Translations under genes and position numbers: made by a program
The notes under the pieces: generated by a model
Seen by the model: only the letters and a program-made list of their open reading frames with translations
The model's database searches: none
Told to the model about the DNA's origin: nothing
Shown: positions 1-9,580 of the stretch, in pieces
How positions within the stretch are numbered: the stretch's first letter is position 1
Layout: each line of letters opens with the position of its first letter
Assembly: GCA_023390655.1 (NCBI GenBank)
Contig: JAEWCL010000001.1
Span: forward strand, 23,766 to 87,765
Direction: 5' to 3'
DNA length: 64,000 nt
Source of the DNA: Bacillota bacterium
GTDB taxonomy: Bacteria > Bacillota > Clostridia > Christensenellales > CAG-138

Positions 1-597
1 ACGATATGCTTTCATGAATTTTTGAACAAGGCGAAAATGGACACCCATAAATATCTGGTAGAGGTTGAAGATTGGGATAAACTGGAGCGGGAAGGGCGTC
101 TCCTGACCGATACTGCCCCGCAACCGGAGGATGAGATTGTTGTAGCGGAAGAAATCAGGGACTTACAGAATGGATGCTTTCTCGCAATGGTAAGAAAGCT
201 GACGTTAAATCAGCGTATCACCTTTTCCTTGGTGGATATGTATGGGCTGCCAATTGAATATGTTGCAAAACTATTGGATATCTCTATAGGGGCCGCAAAA
301 GGGCTGCTCTATCGTGCAAGGATGAATATCGATTCTTTTTTCGGAGACCATTGCAGTATTATTTATGAAAAAAATCCTTGCGGTTGTAAGGCTTGGATGG
401 AATTTTCAGCGAGCCGTTCCAATCTGCAACGTCAATCCCATAGATTGCTGGAAAATTTGGATTACAAACAAAAGGGCTATGTATATAATGAACGTGTCAG
501 AAAAAGAGTACAGTATCTCTATCACCATATGCCCGAAAAAAAGCCTCCCGAAGAGTGGTATAAAAATGTTTTAGCAGTTTTGGCGTCAGAAAATTAA
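1..597 (+). CDS. ECF-type sigma-70 family sigma factor, 5' end cut by the window edge, with a C-terminal extension of about 85 aa
   Basis: The frame is open from nt 1, with no stop before the listed start at 22. Region-4 HTH: LTLNQRITFSLVDMYGLPIEYVAKLLDISIGAAKGLLYRARMNI. This is followed by a non-sigma tail containing DHCSIIYEKNPCGC. Confidence 0.7.
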   Translation, partial: TICFHEFLNKAKMDTHKYLVEVEDWDKLEREGRLLTDTAPQPEDEIVVAEEIRDLQNGCFLAMVRKLTLNQRITFSLVDMYGLPIEYVAKLLDISIGAAKGLLYRARMNIDSFFGDHCSIIYEKNPCGCKAWMEFSASRSNLQRQSHRLLENLDYKQKGYVYNERVRKRVQYLYHHMPEKKPPEEWYKNVLAVLASEN

Positions 598-690
598 ATA
601 AAATATCCTCCAGCCGTATCTTCTGAATTGCTATTTTGTCTCTATTAGTGTAACGATAAATTCGAGCGGATACGGAAAGGATGAATAGTA

Positions 691-999
691 ATGGAGAAAG
701 TTGCTGACGGATTCAAAATGTTCATGGAAGAGACGGATGGTATAGGCGAAGCGTTTATGGGCGCTGTTTGTAAAATGTCGGAAAAAAGCGCGCTTGATAA
801 AAAGACGCACGAACTCGCCTATATTTCTGTACTGGTATCGACGAAAATGTATGGCGGTCTGCCATTTCACATTCAGCAGGCAAAAGAGCATGGCGCAAGC
901 GTAGATGAAATCAGGAGTGCCGTTCTTGTGCCGTTGCCAATTACGGGCATTCAGGTTGCAGAAGCCCTGCCATATTTGCATGAGCTGATCGAAAAATAG
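691..999 (+). CDS. carboxymuconolactone decarboxylase (CMD/AhpD-fold) family protein
   Basis: 102 aa. CMD-like core KTHELAYISVLVSTKMYGGLPFHIQQAKEHGASVDEIRSAV. No CxxC motif. Confidence 0.7.
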   Translation: MEKVADGFKMFMEETDGIGEAFMGAVCKMSEKSALDKKTHELAYISVLVSTKMYGGLPFHIQQAKEHGASVDEIRSAVLVPLPITGIQVAEALPYLHELIEK

Positions 1000-1035
1000 T
1001 CGCGGCATACGGCGCACGAAAACTGATATTGTTTA

Positions 1036-1066
1036 AAGGGAAATCATCGATTTCGCCCTTTTCTCA
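1036..1066. terminator. hairpin terminator between convergent genes
   Basis: GGGAAATC-atc-GATTTC(G)CC stem followed by TTTTCT. It lies between the CMD gene end and the ABC ATPase end. Confidence 0.4.
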
Positions 1067-1130
1067 CATATAAAACTATGTAAACATGAAACGCAAATAA
1101 GAACAGGCCAAATCAACCGCAAAAATAGCA

Positions 1131-1919
<789 letters not shown>

Positions 1920-1925
1920 GCTCCT

Positions 1926-2579
1926 TTAAACCCTGAAATAGCTGAGCCTGCGCTCCAAGTAGCCAAACAGCAGCGTTAGTATCCCGCAAAACAGCAGGTA
2001 AAAGGCGCCGGAATAGAAAAGCGGCCAGATGATCGCGGCGGACTTGATATAGTCTTCGGCCTCCATGACGATCTCACGTACAGCGATCACCCGGGCGAGA
2101 GATGTATCCTTTACCAGCGTAATGATCTCGTTGGACATGGGGGGGACGATGCGCTTGATGACCTGTAACAGAATCACCTGAAAGAAAATCTGTATTTTTG
2201 TCATGCCAAGCACCTGGCCCGCTTCGTATTGCCCCCTTGGAACGCTTTCGATGCCGCTGCGGAAGATCTCCGAAAAATAAGCAGCGTAATTGATTACAAA
2301 AGCGATCAGCACCGCCTCCAACCGTGGGAAAGCAGACCCTCCCCATATGAGGCCGGGTCCGTAAAAGACGATAATCACCTGCAATATCAGGGGAGTGCCG
2401 CGTATCGCCCAGACAACTGTCTTAGAGAGCCATTTTAAAGGCGCAAACCTGCTCATCGATCCGAACGAAATGCCAAGGCCTAGCGGAACGGCGCACACAA
2501 GCGTAAGGATAAATATCCAAAGTGTTTTCAGAAATCCTTCCAGCAATGTTTGCGTAACAACAGCAAAGCTCATAAACAT
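1926..2579 (-). CDS. polar amino-acid ABC transporter permease
   Basis: 217 aa polytopic protein. His/Glu/Gln/Arg/opine-family-like region GQYEAGQVLGMTKIQIFFQVILLQ. A 6-nt gap separates it from the ATPase gene. Confidence 0.85.
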   Translation of the reverse strand: MFMSFAVVTQTLLEGFLKTLWIFILTLVCAVPLGLGISFGSMSRFAPLKWLSKTVVWAIRGTPLILQVIIVFYGPGLIWGGSAFPRLEAVLIAFVINYAAYFSEIFRSGIESVPRGQYEAGQVLGMTKIQIFFQVILLQVIKRIVPPMSNEIITLVKDTSLARVIAVREIVMEAEDYIKSAAIIWPLFYSGAFYLLFCGILTLLFGYLERRLSYFRV

Positions 2580-2668
2580 ACGGTCCTTTTTTAGGAAAAT
2601 AGGGATAGGACCTGCTCCGTGGAACGCGTGTAACGTATACGCCGGAACAGGCCCCTTCGATTTAGAAA

Positions 2669-3559
2669 CTATTTGGTGAGCAGACGCTGCGAGAGACCAT
2701 ATTTTTCGGCGATTTTCACTAGGGTGCCATCTTGGAGCAGCTCGCTTGTGATTTTGTTGAATTCGGCGGCGGCAGTACTGCCAACACGCAGGCCGATCGC
2801 ATATTCCTCGGCGGTCAGGTCCATGCTGGTAATTGTGATAAGCTCGGCATAATCCGAGCCCTCACCTGTCATGGAGGTCGCCATCGTCGCGTCGATGACG
2901 GCTGCCTCTGCGGTGCCCGCCTTGACTTCCAAGAGCGCCTTCGCCTGCGAGTCGACGGCAGTGTAAACAGCGCCGGACAGATCGGCTTTGATCGCGGCCT
3001 CGCCCGCAGAGCCCGATTCGGCAACCACTGAGACACCGTTCAGGCTTGCGCGGTCCGTGTACTTGGAGGCGTTGGACGAGCGGATTACGACAACCTGCTC
3101 ATTGAGAAGATACGGCTGCGTAAACGTCATGTTTGCTTTGCGTTCTTCCGTTACGGTCAGGCCGTTCCAGATGCAGTCGATGGTTCTGGCCTTTAGCTCA
3201 ATCTCCTTCGTATCCCAGTTGATAAATATGAAGTTGGGTTTAACGCCAAGCTTCGCACAAAGCGCCTCGGTATACTCGGTATCAAAGCCGACCAGCTTGC
3301 CGTCTTTGTCTTTATAGTTCATAGGCTCATAAGCGGTGATACCCACGATCAGCTCACCCTTTGCCTTGATATAGGCCAAATCGTCTTCTGCCTCGCCGGA
3401 AGCGGCCGGAGACTCTGCCGCAGGGGTGTTGGGCGCGGTGCTCGGGCCTGAATCCGCAGCAGTTGCGGCCGGGGATGACGGTCCCGCGTTAGTCGCAGCA
3501 CAGGCGCTAAGCATTAAAATCAACAAAGCGATAAGCAATGAGCTGGCGAATTTTTTCAT
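2669..3559 (-). CDS. family-3 (polar amino acid) substrate-binding lipoprotein
   Basis: Start moved to MKKFASS, which has AGGAGGA 7 nt upstream. Lipobox LSAC, an Ala/Pro/Ser-rich linker, then LIVGITAYEPMNYKDKDGKLVGFDTEY...DCIWNGLTVTEERK. Confidence 0.85.
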   Translation of the reverse strand: MKKFASSLLIALLILMLSACAATNAGPSSPAATAADSGPSTAPNTPAAESPAASGEAEDDLAYIKAKGELIVGITAYEPMNYKDKDGKLVGFDTEYTEALCAKLGVKPNFIFINWDTKEIELKARTIDCIWNGLTVTEERKANMTFTQPYLLNEQVVVIRSSNASKYTDRASLNGVSVVAESGSAGEAAIKADLSGAVYTAVDSQAKALLEVKAGTAEAAVIDATMATSMTGEGSDYAELITITSMDLTAEEYAIGLRVGSTAAAEFNKITSELLQDGTLVKIAEKYGLSQRLLTK

Positions 3560-3917
3560 TTTAAATCCTCCTGTATATGACATCTGCTCAAAATACTTTA
3601 TTATTATAACACATCACCATGCTAAAACAACAAATCGTTTTATCATGTTCTCGAATGATCGCGGTGCTGACTAAATGGATTGTTCATTCAATGGTTTTCC
3701 TGGCAGGGCAACAGGGCAATTTTTTGCTGTATAACCGGGATGAGAATACTACCATCACGGCGCTTGAACTGTATTGATAAAATATATGGGCATACTTTCA
3801 GTATATGATTTAACAAATTTGGCCTATCAAGTATAATTAAAGTAGGGCGTGAAGAATGAGGACCTATTTTGGAAAAACTATACTCTTCAACAGGAATGCC
3901 AATGAAGGAGCGGCAAA

Positions 3918-4679
3918 TTGAAAAAGAGAAATACGCAGGAGCGCCGCAATGCGATTGCGGAACAGCTGGTTGCCAGCGGGAAGGTTTCGGCATCCGAATT
4001 GGCGGGTCAATATGGAGTATCCATGGAGACTGTCCGGAAGGACATGATCTGGCTTGAGAAGAATGGCCTTGCACGCAAGGGATACGGTGGCGCTGTTGCG
4101 GCTACCGCCATCACCGAGAGGACTTTCCTGGAAAAATCCATCTGTTATAAGCACGAGAAGGCCCGCATCGCAACAAAGGCGATGGAACTTGTACAGGATG
4201 GAGATGTGGTGCTGCTTGATTCGGGAAGCACTGTATTATGCGTTGCAAAACAACTGGTTTTGAAACAGGATATTACGGTGTTTACAAACTCCTTAAGGGC
4301 GGCCCAACATCTGATTGACTATGGAATAAAGGTTTACGTGTTGGGGGGAGAGGTTCGCAACACCAGCAATGCGTTGACAGGCGGATGGGCGCTTCGCGCG
4401 CTTGGTGAAATCAAAGCGGACATTGCGATCCTTGGAACAAGTGGAATCAAAGGCCGTGGCGGCCCCTGTGTCGAGAGCTTGGAAGAAAGCGAAATCAAGC
4501 GCGCCATGATGAAAGCCGCACATAAAACGGCGGTCATCGCGGATGCCAGCAAGGGTGATTGCGACGCGCTGATTCAATTTGCATCATGGGAAGACGTTGA
4601 TTTTTTTATTACGGAAGAAACGATGGATGAGAACACCTTGAAAGGTGTCGAAGGGAAGACAACGGTGTTGTTTTGCTAA
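3918..4679 (+). CDS. DeoR-family transcriptional regulator
   Basis: TTG start 7 nt after AAGGAG. N-terminal wHTH RRNAIAEQLVASGKVSASELAGQYGVSMETVRKDMIWLEKNG, plus a DeoR C-terminal sugar-phosphate sensor domain (LLDSGSTV). Confidence 0.85.
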   Translation: MKKRNTQERRNAIAEQLVASGKVSASELAGQYGVSMETVRKDMIWLEKNGLARKGYGGAVAATAITERTFLEKSICYKHEKARIATKAMELVQDGDVVLLDSGSTVLCVAKQLVLKQDITVFTNSLRAAQHLIDYGIKVYVLGGEVRNTSNALTGGWALRALGEIKADIAILGTSGIKGRGGPCVESLEESEIKRAMMKAAHKTAVIADASKGDCDALIQFASWEDVDFFITEETMDENTLKGVEGKTTVLFC

Positions 4680-4816
4680 GAAAACAGGGAACAGACAGGC
4701 TCGGCTTTAGAAACCTCCGTGAAAGTGCAACAGAAGCACAGAGCGGAGGTTTTATTATGGACAAACATTCACCTGATTGTAGTTTCTGCTTTGCAATTCA
4801 ATTCTCAAAAAGCTTG

Positions 4817-4835
4817 TTTGTATTCCAAATACAAA
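4817..4835. promoter_or_regulatory. perfect palindrome TTTGTATT-cc-AAATACAAA abutting the -35 box; candidate operator
   Basis: Read directly from the sequence. An 8-bp inverted repeat with a 2-nt spacer sits 2 nt upstream of the TTGATT -35 element of the GRE operon promoter. Confidence 0.4.
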
Positions 4836-4837
4836 GG

Positions 4838-4865
4838 TTGATTTCTGTTTGTGAATGCATATAAT
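4838..4865 (+). promoter_or_regulatory. sigma-A-type promoter for the GRE operon
   Basis: TTGATT, 16-nt spacer, TATAAT. About 150 nt upstream of the activase start. Confidence 0.45.
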
Positions 4866-5014
4866 GAAAATTGGAAGCAATATAAAACAACTTATAAAAT
4901 TGTAGTAGATTGGATTTAACTGATGAAATCCAATAAAATGTTGCAATCCAGTGGGATAAGCATCGCCGCATATGCGTTGGATACTTTTCAGAATAAGATA
5001 GAGGTCATGGCCTA

Positions 5015-5917
5015 ATGGAAGAGATATTCGGAACGATTTTTGGTCTGCAGCACTTTTCCGTGGACGACGGTCCGGGGATTCGCACAGCTGTATTCCTGAA
5101 GGGCTGCAACATGGCGTGCGTATGGTGTCACAACCCGGAGAGCATATCATCTAAACAAGAGCTGATGTATTGGGATGCAAAATGCATCACGTGCGGAGCC
5201 TGTGAAGCGGTATGTCCCAATGACGTACATCGCCTGCGGGACGGTGTGCACCACATTGACAGGGGCAAGTGCACCGCGTGCGGCAAATGTGTGGAAGCAT
5301 GTCCGGCAGGGGCTTTAAGCCTGATCGGCCAGCGCATCAGCGCCGCGGAGGTTGTGCAGGAAGCCGAACGGGATATGCGCTATTACCTCACCAGCGACGG
5401 AGGGCTGACCATCAGCGGCGGGGAACCGATGTGCCAATTCCCGTTTACGCTCCATATCGCAAGGTTGGCACACGAAATGGGAATCGGCGTCGCCATTGAA
5501 ACCAACGGCAGTGCGCGCTACGAAGACTATGAACAGCTCCTGCCCTATACGGACCTGTTTTTGATGGACTATAAGGCCACAAGCGCCGGACAGCATATGC
5601 AGTTTACCGGGATGCGCAACGATGTGATATTGGGGAACATGGCGAAATTGGACGCCGCCGGGGCAAATGTGGTGCTGCGCTGTCCGATCATCCCCGGTAT
5701 CAACGATGATGAAGCGCATTTTCGCGCGATCGCGGAATTGACAAAAAGACACAGCCATATCCTCGGCTTTGAGCTGATGCCCTATCATAGGCTTGGCATT
5801 TCAAAGGCAGGACGCCTTGGACAGAATATGCGGGTGTTTGAAGAACCGGCCTCCGAAACAAAGGAAGCGTGGAGAAACAGTATTATCGCCTATGGAGGCA
5901 GGGAGTGGGAGGGATAG
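5015..5917 (+). CDS. glycyl-radical enzyme activating enzyme (radical SAM)
   Basis: N-terminal GxxHFSVDDGPGIRT, radical SAM triad CNMACVWC, and two ferredoxin inserts, CITCGACEAVCP and CTACGKCVEACP. Confidence 0.9.
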   Translation: MEEIFGTIFGLQHFSVDDGPGIRTAVFLKGCNMACVWCHNPESISSKQELMYWDAKCITCGACEAVCPNDVHRLRDGVHHIDRGKCTACGKCVEACPAGALSLIGQRISAAEVVQEAERDMRYYLTSDGGLTISGGEPMCQFPFTLHIARLAHEMGIGVAIETNGSARYEDYEQLLPYTDLFLMDYKATSAGQHMQFTGMRNDVILGNMAKLDAAGANVVLRCPIIPGINDDEAHFRAIAELTKRHSHILGFELMPYHRLGISKAGRLGQNMRVFEEPASETKEAWRNSIIAYGGREWEG

Positions 5918-5918
5918 C

Positions 5919-8306
5919 GTGACCGATAGAATACAAAACATGCGAAAAAATGTGGAGCGCTTAAACGATGCGGGTGTGCGGAGAACGCTCTTTTATCCGC
6001 GGGTATACCAATCGCTTGTAACGACCCGCGGGGAAAGCATTCAAATCAGGCGCGCCAAAGCCCAGGCCTATCTTCTGGAGCATACGCCATTAATTGTACT
6101 GCCTCATGAGCTCATTGTTGGCAGCATGGTTGGCCTGTGTCCGGTTGCGGATATTGTGCCGGCCTATGAAACGCAGCACAAAAAGGCCATAAAGATTATA
6201 GAAGAGTATCTCTCCAACAGGGAGCAGGCGCAGCAGGCTGCCCATGACAGGAACAGCGTCAAAACATTCGAGGAGGAATTTACGACCAAGAAGAGCCGCT
6301 GGGCGCTTATGAGCCGTGTGCACCACGATGCGGACATTACATATGAGGACCTGCAGAAGCTGATTGCGCAAATGCAACAGCAATTCAGCGGCAGCGGTAT
6401 TGAAAAGTACGAGATTGGCCGTGAGTTGGAGCGAAGCTTCAAAATCGATTACGGTAAAGAGGTTCGCAATGAAATCGACGCCCTGCCATGGTTTGCGGCA
6501 AACCACCTGAGCCTCAATTATGGCCGTATCATCAGGCAGGGTTTTGCAGCGCTGATTACAGAGATCGATTTCAGGCTTGGGCAGGCGCTGACGGACGCGC
6601 AGCGGGAATATTACGAAAGCGCCGGGATCGTTGCCCGGGCAAGCAGTCGGCTTATCACGCGGTACGCGCTTGCATTGCGTGAACAAAGCGAAAAAGAGTC
6701 ATCGCCCCGCAGCTTGGAACTGCAGAAAATGGCCGATATTTGCGATAACATCGTCCATCAGCCTGCCGCCACCTTCCGCGAGGCCGTGCAGTTTGTCTGG
6801 CTGCTGCATATCATGGCAAGCATCTGCTGGGGCTCGGCCTTATCGCTTGGGCGGCTGGACCAGTACCTGTTTGCATACTATCAAAAGGATATTGACAAAG
6901 GCGTCATAACGCGTGAGGAAGCCGCTGAATTGCTGTGCTGCATGTGGCTTAAGGTCAACGAGCCCAAGATGCGCACGGTACAAAGCCTGACGCTTGGCGG
7001 CATTACGCCTGCGGGAGATGATGCGGCAAACGCGCTGACAGCGCTTTGCCTGGAAGTTGTAAAAGAGATGAAGCTGCCGTACCCCAATGTCGGCTTGCGC
7101 ATCAATAAGAAGAATCCCGATTGGCTGTATGAGAAAGCCGTCGACGCCATGAAAGCGGGTGGCGGGCAGCCCATGGTCATGAACGACGAGGTATGGATCG
7201 CCAACCTCAAAAAGCTTGGCTATGCAGACAAGTATGTTAACGATTATTACAACATGGGCTGCGTGGAAATCATGGTGCCGGGAAAGCAGCCCAACTGGGG
7301 TGTCACGGACCCGATTGCGTTTCCCATGCTGTTTGAGCAGGTGTTTGCGCGGTACCGCACCGGGGAAACGGCGCTTGAGAGCTTTGAAGACTTCCGGCAG
7401 ACGTATCTGGAAGTGCTGCAGGAAGCGGTTCTGGCCGATAAACGCGAGGCGGACAGCAAGGCCGCGCAGATTCCCGGCAAGTGCTATGACCCGCTCGCGT
7501 CCCTGATGACGGACGGATGCATGGAGACCGGCTGCGATATGTTTCAGGGCGGCAGCGAACTCGGGACGCACTGGTCGTTCTATGCGTATGGCCTTGGCAC
7601 CGCGGCCGATTCTATGGCAGCGGTCAAAAAGCATGTTTACGATGAAAAACGCTTTGCCATCGGCCAGATGGCTGAGATGTTGGAACAAAACTTTTATGGG
7701 CACGAAGGAGATCGTCTGTGGCTCGATAGCCGGACGCCGCATTATGGGAACGACCTTGATGAGGTGGATGCGCTGGCGGATGATATTCTGTCAGCCTTTG
7801 ACGATTTCGTGATGGCGCTCAATACGAAGGAAAACCGCGATAAATATGTGACGACGCTGTTCGGATATTTTTTTCATATTTATCATGGGGAGATTACGGG
7901 CGCGACGGCGAACGGCAGGCGCAGGGGAGAGGCGTTCAGCGACAGCATGGGGCCGTCACAGGGCAAGGATATCGGCGGACCAACGAAGATGCTCAATTCG
8001 GTGTTGAAGCTTGATCATGGCGGTGTTACGGGTGGATACGCCTTGAACCTCAAGCTCAATCCGGGCCTTGTGAAAAACGCCACCGGAACCGCGGCGCTTA
8101 CAACCTTAATAAAATCATATATTGCCGACGGTGGGCCGCAGCTGCAGATTTATTTTGCGGATGCCGACACACTCCGGCAGGCGAAGGCGGAGCCCGAAAA
8201 ACACCGCAACCTCATCGTACGGATCGGCGGGTATTGCGAGTATTTTGTAAATCTTGACGCGGCGCTGCAGGATGAGATCATCGAGCGCACGCTTCATGGC
8301 GTTTAA
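5919..8306 (+). CDS. glycyl radical enzyme, eliminase/dehydratase class, substrate unknown
   Basis: GTG start 2 nt after the activase stop (alternative ATG at 5892). PFL2-type N-terminus (IRRAKAQAYLLEHTPLIVLPHELIVGS). Single-Cys loop NMGCVEIMVPG. C-terminal glycyl radical motif NLIVRIGGYCEYFVNL. Confidence 0.9.
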   Translation: MTDRIQNMRKNVERLNDAGVRRTLFYPRVYQSLVTTRGESIQIRRAKAQAYLLEHTPLIVLPHELIVGSMVGLCPVADIVPAYETQHKKAIKIIEEYLSNREQAQQAAHDRNSVKTFEEEFTTKKSRWALMSRVHHDADITYEDLQKLIAQMQQQFSGSGIEKYEIGRELERSFKIDYGKEVRNEIDALPWFAANHLSLNYGRIIRQGFAALITEIDFRLGQALTDAQREYYESAGIVARASSRLITRYALALREQSEKESSPRSLELQKMADICDNIVHQPAATFREAVQFVWLLHIMASICWGSALSLGRLDQYLFAYYQKDIDKGVITREEAAELLCCMWLKVNEPKMRTVQSLTLGGITPAGDDAANALTALCLEVVKEMKLPYPNVGLRINKKNPDWLYEKAVDAMKAGGGQPMVMNDEVWIANLKKLGYADKYVNDYYNMGCVEIMVPGKQPNWGVTDPIAFPMLFEQVFARYRTGETALESFEDFRQTYLEVLQEAVLADKREADSKAAQIPGKCYDPLASLMTDGCMETGCDMFQGGSELGTHWSFYAYGLGTAADSMAAVKKHVYDEKRFAIGQMAEMLEQNFYGHEGDRLWLDSRTPHYGNDLDEVDALADDILSAFDDFVMALNTKENRDKYVTTLFGYFFHIYHGEITGATANGRRRGEAFSDSMGPSQGKDIGGPTKMLNSVLKLDHGGVTGGYALNLKLNPGLVKNATGTAALTTLIKSYIADGGPQLQIYFADADTLRQAKAEPEKHRNLIVRIGGYCEYFVNLDAALQDEIIERTLHGV

Positions 8307-8319
8307 GGAGAACGATGGT

Positions 8320-9570
8320 ATGAAAACAAAGGCAGTCAGAATGTATGGAAAACAGGATATCCGGTTTGAGGAATTCGACCTGCGCGATATCCGGGAGGAC
8401 GAGCTGCTTGCAAGCGTCGTGACGGACAGCCTCTGCATGTCTACCTACAAGGCGGTCCTGCAGGGCAGTGATCACCGGTGCGTGCCGGAGGATATCGTGA
8501 CAACCCCCATCATCATCGGCCACGAGTTTTGTGCCAGGGTGGAACAGGCCGGCACCGCGCTCAAAGGCAGAATAAGCGTGGGCGAGCTCTTTACCGTCCA
8601 GCCGAAAATGGTGGAGGGCGATATCATAAAGGGCCCCGGCTATAGCTTCCCATACTATGGCGGGAACGCCACGCATATCATTGTTCCGGCCGAGGTGATC
8701 GAAGGCGGGTATTACCTTCCTTACTCCGGCGATACCTATTTTAAAGCATCCACGGCAGAGCCATTGTCTTGTTTGATTTCGGCGGCACGCTCCCAGTATC
8801 ATCTGGGCGCGAACAGCAAAACCCATATCATGGGCCTGAAAAGGAACGGCTATATGGCCATACTCGCGGGCTGCGGCCCTATGGGCCTGGGTGCTGCGGA
8901 GGTTGCGATGGCAATGGAGCAGCGCCCCAAATGCATCGTCATCACGGATGTCGACGAAAAACGGATCGCCCGGGCAAAGTCGGTGTTAAAGCCGAAAAAC
9001 GGCGTGAATATTGAGATCGTCAACACAAAGGATATGGAAGACCCGGTAAAGGGCTTAAAGCGGTATACGAACGGGGCCGGATTTGACGATCTCTTCATTA
9101 TGGCGCCTGTTCCAAGCGTGATTGAAACCGCGGACGCGATCGCCGCCGCCAACAGCTGCCTCAATTTCTTTGCGGGGCCCACGAAAAAGGAATTCAGCGC
9201 CATGGTGAATTTCTACGATGTACACTATAACGACAAGCATATCCTTGGAACCTTCGGTGGCGATATTGACGATATGAAGGAATCGCTGCGTCTTTTGGAG
9301 GAAAGCCGCATCGATCCGTCCATATTGATTTCCCATATCGGCGGGCTGAACAGCGCGGCGGAGGCGACGCTCCATCTTCCCGAAATTCCGGGCGCGAAAA
9401 AGCTGATTTACTGCAACATTGATCTTCCTCTTACCGCCATCGACGCGTTTGCGGAAAAAGGGCGTACCGATCCGCTGTTCCGCGCGCTATATGAAATATG
9501 CGCGGATAACAATATGCTTTGGTGCGGGGAGGCGGAGCGCTACCTGCTGGCAAACGCAAAGCCGGTTTAG
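8320..9570 (+). CDS. medium-chain (Zn-type) alcohol/polyol dehydrogenase family protein, unusually long (416 aa)
   Basis: ATG 10 nt after AAGGAG. GroES-like N-terminus with SLCMSTYK and IIGHEFCARV, and a Rossmann motif ILAGCGPMGLG. No structural-zinc Cys cluster was visible. It has a C-terminal tail of about 60 aa. Confidence 0.75.
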   Translation: MKTKAVRMYGKQDIRFEEFDLRDIREDELLASVVTDSLCMSTYKAVLQGSDHRCVPEDIVTTPIIIGHEFCARVEQAGTALKGRISVGELFTVQPKMVEGDIIKGPGYSFPYYGGNATHIIVPAEVIEGGYYLPYSGDTYFKASTAEPLSCLISAARSQYHLGANSKTHIMGLKRNGYMAILAGCGPMGLGAAEVAMAMEQRPKCIVITDVDEKRIARAKSVLKPKNGVNIEIVNTKDMEDPVKGLKRYTNGAGFDDLFIMAPVPSVIETADAIAAANSCLNFFAGPTKKEFSAMVNFYDVHYNDKHILGTFGGDIDDMKESLRLLEESRIDPSILISHIGGLNSAAEATLHLPEIPGAKKLIYCNIDLPLTAIDAFAEKGRTDPLFRALYEICADNNMLWCGEAERYLLANAKPV

Positions 9571-9580
9571 GAGGGTGTGC

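Noticed and set aside
5793-5918. A 42-codon N-terminal extension of the GRE ORF that overlaps the activase gene.
   Set aside because: The extension is Arg/Lys-rich and unlike GRE N-termini. A GTG at 5919, just after the activase stop and preceded by GGGAGGGA, gives a typical PFL2-type N-terminus. An ATG at 5892 remains a possible alternative start.
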